DNA of 64,000 bases from Vitrella brassicaformis CCMP3155 (lineage: Eukaryota; Protista; Chromerida): positions 132,908 through 196,907 of the forward strand of contig CDMY01000069.1 in assembly GCA_001179505.1 (NCBI GenBank), written 5' to 3'. Under the pieces are notes generated by a model. That model ran no database searches. It was not told the DNA's origin and worked only from the letters and a program-made list of their open reading frames with translations. Of the stretch, positions 38,056 to 50,614 are shown one piece after another (positions within the stretch are counted from its first letter, which is position 1; each line of letters begins with the position of its first letter). The position numbers were made by a program, and so were the translations under genes.

Positions 38056-41000
38056 GTGTACTCAATCACCCACCTTGAGGTGGACAGGTGCGTCGGCATG
38101 CAGCTGTATGACGGTCTCGAGGAACCACTTGACCATTGGCTGGAAGAGCTTGTACAGCTCATAGGCCCGCCCGGCCGGGGAAATGTTGCGGAACAGCGCC
38201 TTGAGCACCTGCAGGATGTTGCTGGACCGGTGTGTCGTCTGCGCCAGGGTGATGCATGTGTGGATGAGCGTCTGAAAGTGGGGCTTCAGCATCAGCTCTC
38301 CGGAGGTGGCCTCGGTGCTGCTTTGGTTCTGCTGGATCTGGTGGGCGATGGTCTTGAAAAGCAGCTTGAACAGCCGCAGCACCACGGTCGAACGAGTGTG
38401 CTTGAGCTGCCCGGTGGGCGAGTGCAGCTCGGACCCCACACCCAGAACGAACCCTTGGTGGCCCTCACGCGCCCTCCCGCCATCAGCCCTAACAAACATA
38501 CAGACAGACATCATGTGCAGACAGACAGACGGTAATACTCGGGCGTGGTGGTTCTCTCTCACCTGACAGCACGGGCGTCGGTCCTTCCTCCCGGCTGGCC
38601 ACCAGCACCACCCCTCTCCCTCTCCCTCTCTCTCTCTCTGTCTGCCTGCGGCTCCCCTGTCGGCCCACCGCCACTTGCGACGGCGGCCTGCCTCGCCTCC
38701 TTAATGACGTGCACCGGTTCGTTGCCCATGCCCAGATATCTGAGTGGCCGGTTGGAGGCCGACCCGTTGAGTCTGAAGTGCTTGGCGGCGAAGTCGTTCA
38801 TCGTCACGGCCGACCCCAGCGCATCGTAAGGAGGGTTGGGCACCTTGGCGTACGAGTCGACAGCTGGCGCCAGCTTGGTTTTGTCATCGGGGTCGTCCCG
38901 GGGGTCGACGATCTCCATGGGAATGTCGTCTTGGCCATCCCGACCGCCCGACCTGCCGCTAACACCCCGCCACACTATTCCACTCCTCGGCGTGCCAGTC
39001 CTCGAACCAGTGCGGCGATCCCGGTGGTCTGACTCCTGCATTGCATACCAACACAGAGACACACATCGGGGACCACGTGGGTGTGGTGAAGTGCACTGGT
39101 AGGTAGAGTGAGTGACCTGTAGGTCTACTCGGTCGATGTGGGGATCGACCACCAGCCGTGATGGCTTGTCCCGCCGGTGGGAGATGTCGTACAGCTCCTT
39201 GGGGTAGCTGGCCGAGGCGTCCTGGGGCGACCAGATGGACGGGGGCAGGGCGGGGGTGCCGGGGGGCGCCTGCTGCTCGTGGTGGGGGTGGGGTGGTTTG
39301 TCAGTCGGTGTGGGGTCTTCGTCGATGAGCCAGTGCAGCCGCGGCATGAGGAAGTTGAGCAGCACCTCGCCGAACGTCTGTACGGGACGCAGACAGACAG
39401 ACAGACAGGGGAAACAGAAGTGTGTGTGTGTGTGTGTATGGGTAAGGTGTGTATTATGTTCTGTGTTGCGCGCTGTCTGTTTGCAGCCCACCGACTGAGT
39501 CACTTACCCGTGAGGTGGTTGGGTATGAGATGAGCACTTGCATGGGAACGATCATGATGGGGTCCTCCAGACACTCCTCAAACAGAAACTCAATCTCGTG
39601 GTGCATCAAATCCTACACACACAACACACACAACACAACACAGAGAGAGATCGAACCGCTCCCGCACTCCTACATTTGGCTGTCTGTCTCTCTGTCACAG
39701 TCACACACACACGCACACACACACGCACACACACACGCATCGCATGCCCACCTGGAAGTTAGAAGGGTTCATGCAGCAGAACATCTTCGAGAACATGTCG
39801 GTGGCCTCCTTCTCCTCCATCTGCGCAAAGTTCAGCCGCGCGTCCGAGTAGCACCCCCGGCCCACGGCATGTGCGAACAGGGTCCTGTGCTGCATGTAGT
39901 GCGGCACGTGGCCGCACACCGTGCACCCGCCACCGCCCCGCGGGTAAGCCACCGTCAACGGCGGCCATGGCTGCTGGGCCACCGCCTGAGCATAGATCCT
40001 GCAGACGGCGAGGCCGTTCTTCAGCAGCTTGGTCAGGTGCTGCAGCTCGGTGTCTGCGAATGGCTGCGGCCCCTGCTGCATCGGGGTGGGCGGCCGGGGC
40101 CCGCCAAGACCCCCTAATGGCGGCTCGCGCGGCGCCTCTGGCGGGTAGTGGTTCATCGCGTAGAAGATCGACTGGATCCCCATGATCAGAACTCGGATGA
40201 TCGACTTGGCCTCCCTTATGGTGTTGTCGATATTGGTGCTCTCGACGAGCACGTTGCCGCGGGCGGGGGGGAGGGAGGGGGAGAGAGAGGGGGAGCCACT
40301 GGGGATGCTGGTGGCGTCTGGGTGGGGGAGGAGGGGGTCGCTTGCGGGCGGGGGCGAGGGGGGCCGGTTCCTGCGCAGCCACGCGTTGCTGCCCAGGTCG
40401 TTGGGATCGACATGCAGAAGCTGACAGATTAACAGAATGACCAAGACATCCACACGCAATGTGCTCGTCGCAGCAGTGGGTGTGCGGTCGCCCACCCGTG
40501 GCAGGTGGTATCGGAGGGAGGCGAACTTGTCGATGAAGCAGTAGAGTATCTTCATGAACAGCGCCCGCCCCCGGCTCTTGTCCTGCTCGTGCCTGTTGGT
40601 GTAGATGCTCTCGCACACCTGCACCAGCATCTTTAGGGCGTGGTTCTGCGTCTGCATCGGCAAGGACGTGTCCGCCGACAGGCGCGTGAAGATGTGCACC
40701 GCACGCGACAGCTGGCTCATGGTCAGGTCCTGCCGGAAATGCCCAACCACCTCAGCCAACGCCGAACACAGCAGAGGCCTGCCAACCACACGCGCACACG
40801 CCATTGCCATGCGTGTGTGGGCTCGATGTGGTGCGTCTCGTGTTGTCTGTCAGGGTCAGTCAGGGTCACCTGAGCAGCTCATATGAGGTGCATCCCCACC
40901 CCAGTAGGAGGGTCTCGTCGAGCAGCGGGTCGACGCGCTCACGGAGGCGCTGCCGCATCTCCGTGTTCAGGATCTGACGCACAGCAGTCAGCAGCTCCTT

Positions 41001-42630
41001 CCTGAATGAACGAACCAATGCAACCCACGATTGAAAAGATGAACAACATATATGCACACACATGAATGACATGAGATGACTCATGTGTGCATGAGAAAGT
41101 CGCATGGGTGTGGGGTATTGTATTGTATGTCCCCCCGTCCGATCTGATCTTACACACCGTATGGTGACGTTTTCGTGTGGGCATTTCTTGAAGAGGTCAA
41201 TGAGGGCCGTACACGTGTCCTCCATCCGCTGATACACATCCTGACCTGCAGACATGTCCAGACAGACAGACAAACAAACAAACAGACAGACAGAGGGAGA
41301 GAACACCCAATGAGTGCCCCTCTCTCCCATCTCTCTCTCTTGCATGGGCCAGCCAGGCTGCCTGACTGACCGACCTGGTTGTCCGCCCTGCTGTCCGAAT
41401 TGTGGGTGCTGCCTGCTGAGGAAGACCACGAACGAGAGGGTCTTGACCTGCGCCGTTAGCAGGTCCGTCAGGGTCGAACGACTCAATTCCGCGATCTGCG
41501 GAATCTGCTCCTTGCCGCACTTGAGAAACACCATCATGTGCTGGGACAAGGCCTGAGACACACACATAACACACATCCCATCCACCCATTCACTCGTCGG
41601 TTCGGTCAAGGGTGTGTCTGAGTCCGTCTTTCTGTCTGTCTGTCTGTCTGTCTGTCGTGGGTTTGGTCCTTTAAGTACATGTATGTTTTGGTTCATGTAT
41701 CTGGGGTAGAGCTGGAACATGACCATGACCATCAGGGGGCACTCGGACATGACCTTGAAGCTGTCCCGCGCCCTCGTCGACACCTGCACCCCCGTCAGGC
41801 CCCCCAGCCCTCCCAGCGGAGGCAGATCCATGCTCGCACCATCGCGCCCGGCGTGCACGCCCCCCAGTGGCTGTTTCTCCTTGAGCTTGGCGTCGTTTTG
41901 GCGGGTGATAGCGTTGGCAACCATCTGGTGTGTGTTCTCGTAGAGGCTCTCCATGAAGCGGAGGAATGCGGGGCAGTGTCCCTCGAGGCCCTGCCTGTAC
42001 GTCTTGTGGATGTTGAACATGGTGAGGATGCAGGCGATGGCGTTGTCCTCGTTATCGTGCTCCAACACGTGCTGACACATCTCCAACATGCTCTGCACAT
42101 GAACACATAAACACATTGACAGACAGACAGACAGAGGGGCATACACACATCCCATCCCATCCACACACAGCCTGTTTGCCTGGCTGCATTGCCAGGGTTT
42201 GCTCACGTTGACGTAAGGTTTGAGTGTGTCGTCGCAGCGCAGCCTGGAGAACACGTCGATGATGCCATTGCGGATGCGCTGCTTGGGGTTGTCGACGAAC
42301 TGAGCCGGCTCGTGGATGAGGATGCGCCGGAAGGGCTCGAACAAGTGCTGCAAGAACAGGGCGCCGTCAGCGGGGTTGGACGCGTCCACCGCATCGCGGA
42401 TCTCGTTTGTGATCTGCTGACGCTCACGGTCGTCTGCATCAATCAATCACAACACACACATAACCGGTCCACACACAGGCACAGGGCAAGGCTCTCTGCG
42501 TGTGTGCCGACGTGTGTCGGTGTGTGTCAGACATAGAAATACCTGGCTGGCCCTCCTTTTCAGTTAGGCGCCTCGCATAGTCCTGGAGCTCTTGTTCTGT
42601 CATCTTGGTCAGCGTCGTCAGCCGCACCAT
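20465..42630 (-). CDS. TRRAP: Transformation/transcription domain-associated protein (Tra1/TRRAP), PIKK pseudokinase scaffold of SAGA/NuA4; many exons
   Basis: N-terminal HEAT motifs RDSFKVMSECPLMVMVMFQLYP and RKELLTAVRQILNTE. FAT region. PI3K-like domain with GDYHSFILQ...RMVQLHLMLNTLLSKCKDTRRR...VPISPRLRLIED and DRVPFRLTRNVQ. FATC ending DLIRRASTHANLMQQPPKWHPWL* (TGA 20465-20467). Start is ATG 42630 (MVRLTT) or 42603 (MTEQ). Confidence 0.93.
24069..24149. repeat. Interstitial telomere-type repeat, inverted (head-to-head) arrangement, inside a TRRAP intron
   Basis: tagggtttagggtttagggtt, a short aagcc spacer, then 8 units of aaaccct/aagccct/gaacccc/aaacccc. Confidence 0.9.
24608..24907. other. 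Assembly gap (300 N) flanked by poly-G runs, intronic in TRRAP
   Basis: N run with G homopolymers at 24585-24607 and 24908-24932. Confidence 0.98.
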
Positions 42631-42910
42631 GCTGCTTGCTCCTAGCCAATCATGAGTAAGGCCGGATAAGCATCGTCCTCGTCTGCGGAGCACTCAGACA
42701 GGCTGGCTGTCATGCATCCTACGTGCAACGGGCTCCTCTTAGCTCAGATCTTCGAGAGATGCCGCTCTGTCAAAGATGATCGGCAATCTGAAGATCCAGC
42801 CGATTTTGGCCGTCGAACCCACTACTGTCCACTCGTAGTGTCCTGCTGAACGTTCGGGGAAGGCCAAAATGTGCGGAACCAGAATACGCCAATCTGCGAG
42901 CTAAGCTCGC
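42631..42910. promoter_or_regulatory. Probable bidirectional promoter shared by TRRAP and PSTK
   Basis: About 280 bp between divergent start codons; geometry only. Confidence 0.4.
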
Positions 42911-44330
42911 ATGTCCTTGAGGGAGGATGCCAGCGTAATGGAAGTGAACAGCGGCCATGGCATGGCGAGTTGTCTCAAGCCCTCTCGTGGTGGCTGCCTT
43001 GTACTCATCTGCGGCCTTCCTGCCAGCGGAAAGACCACACTCGGCCGCTCTCTCGTTCAATCTGAGCCGTTCAGGAGGGTGCTCATCGAACACGCGAGGC
43101 GCATTGCTGATGCCGAGGCGCCTGGCGATGAGGAGAAGAAAGCGAGGCGGGATGATGTGAGTGTGAAGATCTCCTTGATGTCGTTTGATGATGTTGAGGA
43201 CGAGCTCAGGCAGAGGCGGCATGATCCATCTCATGCACGAGAGGGCGAAGATTTAGATGTGTTTGACCCTGATGTGTGGCGAGAGGCTCGTTCTGTGGCT
43301 GTCACCCGCACTCGTCAGCTCCTGCAAGAAGACGGGGACAGCCACACGTGTGTCATCGTCGATGACAACTTCTATCGGCGGTCTATGCGGAAAGCCTTTG
43401 CCAAACTGGCCAGAGAATGTCAGTGGGCCACACACACGGGAGGGCCTTCTGCGGTGCGGACCGCCTGTTTGGCCTGTCTTTGTGTGTGAGGTACAGGTGC
43501 GAGTGGGTTCGTGCAGCTGCTGCTTGATCTGCCAGCTGAGGCTGCCGTCGCGCGCAACGAGAATAGGAGCAGTTGTCCGTCGCCCTCCGTCCCTTCATTC
43601 GTCATCAGGCACATGGCCGAGTGCGTCGAGTGGCCGCCATCGTCCACCGATCTCTCGGCGAGTGGCCAACATGACCACAAGAGCACGGCGACGGCCGCCA
43701 ATGGTGTGCACTATCGAATCCGTTGGGAGTCGGCCGTCGAGCGGTCGACGGCCCACATCGACTCGACCACACCCCCCGATGACATGGTTGGTTGTATACA
43801 CACATAGCCACCGTCACAACCTGTGTTGAACACACACTCATTCGTTCGTCGCCTTCAGGTGTCGTCGATTGTGCGTTGGTTGTCCGAGAGTGTGGAGCCC
43901 TGGCGCCCAATCGTCGCTGTGGACAGTGAGGGCCGAGAAAGCGGCGAGGGCACGACAGACGGAGGGAGAGGAAAGGTCACCTCGTCGCCAATCCAGGAGA
44001 TCGAAGTGCGACTTAGGCGGCTGATCAGCGAGGCTCTCAAGACGTGCTCGGGAGGTGACAGAGGTCAGCCCAGGACACATATGCAAGAGTGAGCGTGTCG
44101 ACAATGATGCCTCCCTCCTTCGCTGTGTGTCAGGTGTGACGGGGGAGCTTGCTCAGCGGTGGAGCCGTCTCAAGAGTGAGTTCATGCGAGAAGTTAAGGC
44201 GCAGGTGGCCGCCAGGAATGGGGAGGGTGTATGTGACGATGAAGCACTGGATGGTCTGTATGACGCCTTCATGCGGAGATGCCAGCAAGACGCGGCCGAC
44301 TATTTGTCGACAGGTGCGTGTTCAAGTTGA
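42911..44330 (+). CDS. PSTK: L-seryl-tRNA(Sec) kinase (O-phosphoseryl-tRNA(Sec) kinase); multi-exon, exact start and stop uncertain
   Basis: P-loop LVLICGLPASGKTT; VIVDDNFYRRSMRKAFAKLARE (PSTK DDNFY..SMR motif); GFVQLLLDLPAEAAVARNENR; C-terminal helices IQEIEVRLRRLISEAL and ELAQRWSRLKSEF. KTI12 shares the fold but fits these motifs less well. Confidence 0.8.
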
Positions 44331-44468
44331 GTGTATATATGCACAGATAGATATGCCGGTGCGGGCGGGTGAGTAAGAGAGAGGGAGAGTGCCCTCCTCA
44401 GATGAATCGATTCATCTGTATCAATCTACCTTCGTGCATGAATGCAATGCATGGTGTCCCACTCCACT

Positions 44469-44621
44469 TGCGCGTGTGCGTGGCCTGTTGAAAGCGCTGA
44501 AGTGGAGCACTTTGCGGCCAAACAAGCGTCAGCATTCCCCCCGCTGAACGACAACCTGACGAAACAACACATAACACATACACACACATGACACACGGGA
44601 TGAGGAAGACGGTCCATCGTC
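44469..44621. repeat. ~155-bp dispersed repeat, copy 1
   Basis: 44469-44589 matches 51552-51672 with 2 substitutions; after a short diverged stretch both share agacggtccatcgtc. Same orientation. Confidence 0.92.
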
Positions 44622-44772
44622 AGTGCGATCCATGCGAGCTTAAGGGGAGAGGAAGAGATCTTGAGAGGGTAAGCAGGCTTCTACGTTCCTTGATCTTTCC
44701 CCCACCGATCTCCTGTGCACGCACACTGATGGCCCCATGGCAGGTTCTCGTGCTCTTTGCCCAGATCTATCT

Positions 44773-46923
44773 ATGATGAGGCCGACGGCTGCAGGTACGA
44801 TAAATTCACCTCACTGACCAATAGATCCCAGCACGCGACAGTGGGGATATGGATCGTCCACCAAGGAGCGCTTGCTGTGTCCTTCTTTGTTCAGAGAGAG
44901 GGTCAGGGAGAGGAGGGCGTCGGTGGTGCTGGCGACGGCTGATCAGGAGGGGCCAAGCGCGGGCCGGTCAGAGGGAGAAACAAAAGGGAACTGAGGTGTC
45001 AACGCAGTCGTTCTGACGGCTTTATGTGCTGCACTCAGAGCTTTTGAAGAGCTACAGATTGGGAAAGAAGCTTGCCGAGGGCGGCTTCTCCCGATCCTAC
45101 ACGGCCACGCCGAAGACCCCAAGCCGCTGTGGGATGACTACCCAGAAGGTAAGAGGACAATATATTAAGGAATGCGTGCAAGATCGGGCGTCTACATGTA
45201 CTTGGCTGTGCTTGCAGGTCGTTGTTAAGGTCATCAAGATAGACGAGAACGCCGAGCAGAAGAGGGAGAGATGGGATACCAATCGTTGTCTCAGGTGAAG
45301 GCTACAATGCCTCGCCGCACGCACATCCGATGGCTTTCGTCTTCGCATTCGGCTGTATGTGTGTATGTAGATTCATGAAGGGCCGGCGGCACATCGTCTC
45401 CGCGATGACGCCAGACGAGATCGACCAGGAGCTCAAGCTGCTCCATCTCGCTCAGCACGGCCAGAACGGCGACAACGACGGCCACCCCAACATCGTGAAG
45501 GTGCATGACGTCTACAGAGACGACTTCTCATGCTACATTGGTCAATAAGAAGAGCCAGGCGTCGCTGCAGATTGTCGTGGGTGGAATGTCGGTCTTTGTG
45601 CCCCTGATTTCCTCTTACCTACCTGCTGTTCAGTGATGGACCAGTATGTCGAGGACCTCTATGACTTCGAGGCCTCGGAGTTGCCTGAGGAGCGGCTTGC
45701 TGAGATGACGGCCGACATGGTGCGAGCTGTGCAGCACCTGCACAGCAACGACATCATCCATCGGTGAGGCAGACAGACAGGTGCCTGCATTTGCGCTCGA
45801 ATCTCTCTCTCTCTGTGTGTGTGTGTGTGTTTTCTCTGTCAGAGACATCAAGTGCGACAACTTCTTTATAGCCGACGACGGTCGCGTCGTTCTGTCGGAC
45901 TTCGGCGTCTCGATGGAGACGACGTGCGAGGAGGCGGGAATCCACAGCGAGGAAATGTAAGAGGCATGCTCTTCTTTGTCTATTCATTCGCATGAGTTGT
46001 TCTGTGTGCAGCGTCGGAGTCAACGAATACCGGCCGCCAGAGGTGTGGAGGGATGATTTTGGGAAGAAGGCGGACATGTGGAGCCTCGGTGAGTGATCGG
46101 TAGCACTGGTCCATTCCTTGCCTGCTCGCCTGTCTGTCTGTCGCACTGCTGCATGCAATCGTGGGTGGATGTAGGCGTCGTCCTCTACAAGATCGGCAGC
46201 GGTTTTCTCCCATTCAACGGTGGATGGACAAACCAGCATTGGGAGGCAAGATGTCACCCTAACCCTTATTTGTTGTTTGCGGTAGGGCAAGACGAGACAA
46301 GACTGCGCAAGATTATCGAGAAGCGCCTCTGCACCTGGAAGGCGCTGCACAGGCAGACACCGCCAGAGTTCGTCGACCTTGTTCAGAAGCTGCTCGTCCC
46401 GGGTTATATAAACACATGAATGATCGGCACAGGCTATATGCAACTCATCCCCCTTGTCCCTTGTGTGTATTTATCCATCCATCGTACAGATCCCAAGAAG
46501 CGCTTGTCCGCCGCTGAGGCCTTGGAGCATCCCTTCATTCAGCATGTGGCGCCACGCGAGCAACAGGACCAAACCAGCGGGGACAGACGAGGGAGAGGGC
46601 GAGAGGGCGGGAGAAGTGCTGCAGCTGCTGCAGGTGGTAAGCAAATCGACGTCTTCCTTCTGTCTGTCAAGCAATAATTGTTCTCGCCTGCCTGCATGTC
46701 AGGGTGGCTGCTGTTGAGTGAGGACGACCACAAAGAGGCGGCCGCAGCTGCTGCTGCTGTTGGCGGCAGGGCGGACAGTGAGGACGACTACGGAGAGGCA
46801 AAGGGCATCCGCAGGCTCAACTGCGGCTGCCCGTGCTTCTGGTGGGTGCGGGCGTGCGGCCGTCTTTTCAGGCGCCGCAGAAGGGGCGGGGAGACATTAA
46901 TGGCCAGCGAAGAGGGCGACTGA
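44773..46923 (+). CDS. Ser/Thr protein kinase (ePK, CAMK-like); multi-exon
   Basis: Predicted MMRPTAA|ELLKSYRLGKKLAEGGFS; VVVKVIK; HPNIVKVHDVY; IIHR|DIKCDN; LSDFG; GVNEYRPPE; DMWSLG|VVLY; PKKRLSAAEALEHPFI; stop at 46921-46923. Confidence 0.9.
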
Positions 46924-47447
46924 TCCACGTTTACGTGTGCAGTAATATCGGTGTTGAGTTCCGATGACACTCTATGTGCTATTCCCCTATACACGAGCAT
47001 TCATGTACACGTCCTCCTTTGGACCTTAATCAATGTGAATGAGTGGTGAATGGTCCTCATGCGTGCAGCATGATGCATGTCTTGCGGCTTATCGAAGGCA
47101 CAGAGGCGTGTCTCTCGGTCGGTTTGCCAATCAATCTGTCACTCGATCTATCACGATATGTGTCACATTCATCCGTCTTATTGCTGCAGAGCACACAACT
47201 ACCCTCACTGCAGAGCACACAAAAGCTCATGTCAGACGCCCCATCTTCGATGGTGGCATCGACACACACAGAGACATCGGACACATTCGTGTATTTTCAA
47301 TCCTTCTTTACTATGGCGCAAAAGAGTGCCGAACGGCATATGACTTTCCTTCCTTCGTTCAGACAGGTGGCCTTACAGATCATCATGCACACATCCCCGC
47401 CCACCCCACCCCACCCAACACATAGACGTGAGTCGATCAACAGAGAC

Positions 47448-50400
47448 TTATCTTCCCGCTCCGTCCATGAAGGTCGTCAGCAGCGCTGCCGCCACTCTGG
47501 ACGGCTCCCCAGTCCCCCCCGTATCGTCTAGCAGCGTGTGGCGTGACATGTCGTCGCCGTGCATGACTTCGTCAGCCCCATCAGCCGCTGCCGCCCCTGC
47601 TGCTGCTGCCGCTGGCTGCTCGTGCTGAAGCTGTGGTGGGTCCCTCTCGTACCGCAGCCTGTAGGTGCTCTCGATCAGCTGCCTTAGAGTGTCGAGACGG
47701 GACCACACCACGGCCGGGAGCTCCTGCAGCCACACACACAGACATATGACACACATGAAGGGAGGAAGAAGTGTGATTGCATACTGTGTCTGCGGAGTCA
47801 GCCGCATGGCTGAAGAGGAGCGCTGAGTCAGGGTCACGCTGCAGGCCCGAGAGGATAGATACGAAATCCTCCAGGCGCAGCAATGCACTGCGGCGGCATT
47901 CTGAACACGCACACACACACACGCGCCACACACCAGCAATGCACATCGCGCATGTCAACCACAAGATTCTTTCTCAACCTACTCAGCTCTTGGAGCGGGA
48001 AGGCAGACCGCATCTCGGTGTACAGCCCCAGCTTTTGGATGTCGGCCTGTGAGGGGGGCTGTGCTGCGACCTCGTCCAGACTCAGCGACTTCCTGCGGGT
48101 GTCCTCGCTGCCGACGCTGAGCCCATAGGACGCTCGCAGATACAGCGACACGCCCTCGGGCATTTCCACCTCAACCCCACAGGCTTGTGCCGCCGGTGCT
48201 GCTGCCGCCGCTGCTGCCGCCGCTGGCTGCTCGTATGCCGCTGAGATTAGAGAAAGAGGAGCAGCTCATCATGATGCAGGCCTGCTGTCAAATCACGCCG
48301 TGTATGTGTGGTTTCGCTCACCCCCTCCGTGTGCGCCCATCCCAAAGGCGACCTTCCGGCCCCCGTCATTTGCTGGCTGGTTGAGCTGAACCGCAATGGA
48401 TGAGAACAGCAGGTGGACGTACAGGAGACACAGCCCCTCGAGCACCCTCTTCGCCCGCTGGATCCATGTCTCCCCATGGACGCCGTGCGGTGGGAGGGGA
48501 GACGGGAGGGAGGGCGTAAGCTGCGCGATGGCCGCATACTGGCGCATGCTGGCCTCGCGTAGATACTCCCAGAGCAGGGAGGGGTCGCGCGGCTGGCGGG
48601 GCATTGGATGGAACGGGATGTTGAACTTGAAAACCGCCTCGACTTGCAGACCGCGAAGCATGCTGAAGGGCAACCATCAAGTGGAATACATGCACATGTG
48701 CATATTCTCTTGGTCTTTCTCACGCCATGACTTGGTCTCGCCCGAATTTGATGGCCTTCATGCGATCCGTCCACTGCCGCTCGTCTGTCTGATAGGGATA
48801 CGCACACATGAAGAACACGACTATCAGCAAGACAGCAACGCCGCCATCCCATCTGATGATCCTACGGTGGAATCGTGTCGTGAAGGGCTGGAGACGTCAA
48901 GTTCCATCATCCCGTAACCTCCACCCCCGGCTGCATCATCACCCTCGACCGCCTGCTCCTTCACCCTCTCTGCCCCAAACCATGAAAGCCCCACGCCTGG
49001 GCTCCCCCTTTGGCGTCTGCCTCCACCCCGTGGCGGCGATGCGAGGGGTGTGGCGTCCTCGAATTCGAACAGCGGCTGCAGCTGCGGCCTGACCCCTCTC
49101 TGCCCTGTGTGGCGACCTGCTGTCCCAGCTGCTGGCGACACTGCGGCCACTGCAGCGGCCATGGGCTCGTCCTTGACGTGTCCCTTGTCTGCTTGCTCTT
49201 CCTCCTTGACCGGGTGCTTGGCGAGGAACAACGGCAGCGCCAGAGGGGCCGAGCCTCGGCGCTCAAACAATAATTGTCGGCGCCTGCGTCGCTCTGTTGC
49301 TGGTCTGGCGGCCACAGGAGCAGGCATAGGCTCATCGTTGATGTCGGCCTGTCCCTCCAACGCAGCCGAGACATGGTGCTTTCGATGGTTGCGGACTTCC
49401 TGTCTTGCTTACGCGTCTGCTCCGCTCCTAGGCTGCCTTCTTGGCGCTCCTGCACTAGGTGGTGCACTGTCCCCAACGCCTTCCGGTTCTTAATGGAGTT
49501 GGCGTATCGCTGTAAAGAGCACAGAGCTCTTACATTGCGCCACACACACACACGTGTTTCCTTGCGCATACTCCGTAGTCTCGCATATTCTCATCGCCCC
49601 ACTCATATAGCTGCAGGAAAGTCAAGGTTGCTTTCTTATTTGTCTACAGCTGCCAGCATCCGTACCGTACCCGTATGTTGTTGGGGGTGCAAATGGCGTA
49701 GTCCCCTTCGGCGACACTCCAGATGCAGACCGGATCTTTCATCCTGTCATGCTCACCACAAAGCTGGGCGATGGCCTTCTCATTCACCAGGAAGCCTGAA
49801 CAGAGACGCAGACGCAGACGCATTTGAAAACACCACACATCCAACGCGTTTCATGGACGGTACCCTGGTCGATCATGAGCCGAAGGCACACGCGCACGCC
49901 CAGCTGCCAAGGGCTATTGCCCTTCTTCCACCACACAAACGAGCCCACGGGGACTGAAAGTGACCCGAAACAAACAGAGAGATGGACAAAGACAAAGTCA
50001 CCCAACAAGCAGCGGGCACGATCCATGGGCCATGGTGGAGTAACTGCGGGTATGATGACTCTTACGCTCTTGTTTGCCGGGTGAGGGTGCATCGCCAGCT
50101 GCCGAAGACGCCATACTTCCTTTTCGAATCGCGCAATGTGGAGCAGAGGAGGAAGAGATGAATGAATGGACAGATGGACTGTCTGATTGAGTTTTGTGTG
50201 CTGTCTTCCTGGCGTACCTGTGTCTTCGTGCCTCTGATCTGCTGTTTGCCGTGCTCGAATCGACGACAAAGGGAGGGATCGGAAGGATGGGCCCCCACGA
50301 GGCCGCCCAAACGGAAGCGTCAGCAACAGGTCCCGAGACAGCAGGCAGCAGGCGACGTCAGGCCATCTCTCAAGCAGGTGGCCGTGTGAAGCGCCTGGCG

Positions 50401-50461
50401 TCTGTGTGGAGTGAGAGATTGGTTTGATCATTGGACGTTCATGTTTCAACAAGTCGCACAA
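47448..50461 (-). CDS. Hypothetical multi-exon protein (one gene or two); boundaries uncertain
   Basis: Coding-like segments bounded by GT/AG sites on the minus strand: PVGSFVWWKKGNSPWQLG, LQVEAVFKFNIPFHPMPRQPRDPSLLWEYLREASMRQY, EMPEGVSLYLRASYG, ELPAVVWSRLDTLRQLIESTYRLRYER...GAGR*. No confident family. Confidence 0.45.
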
Positions 50462-50614
50462 AAGCTAATGAACGAGTGGAAGTGAAGTTCCACATCAGCA
50501 TATGGCACCCGAGATAGACAGAGAGAGATCCGACTGGCTTCTTGACGCATGCCGATCCATAAAGCAACATGGCCAAAGACACCCTTCAACACACATCGAA
50601 TCGATATCATCACA

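Noticed and set aside
20477-42185. Long + strand ORFs opposite TRRAP (e.g. 20477-21262, 26851-27429, 35061-35873)
   Set aside because: Antisense shadows of GC-rich coding exons, with no independent motifs or splice structure.
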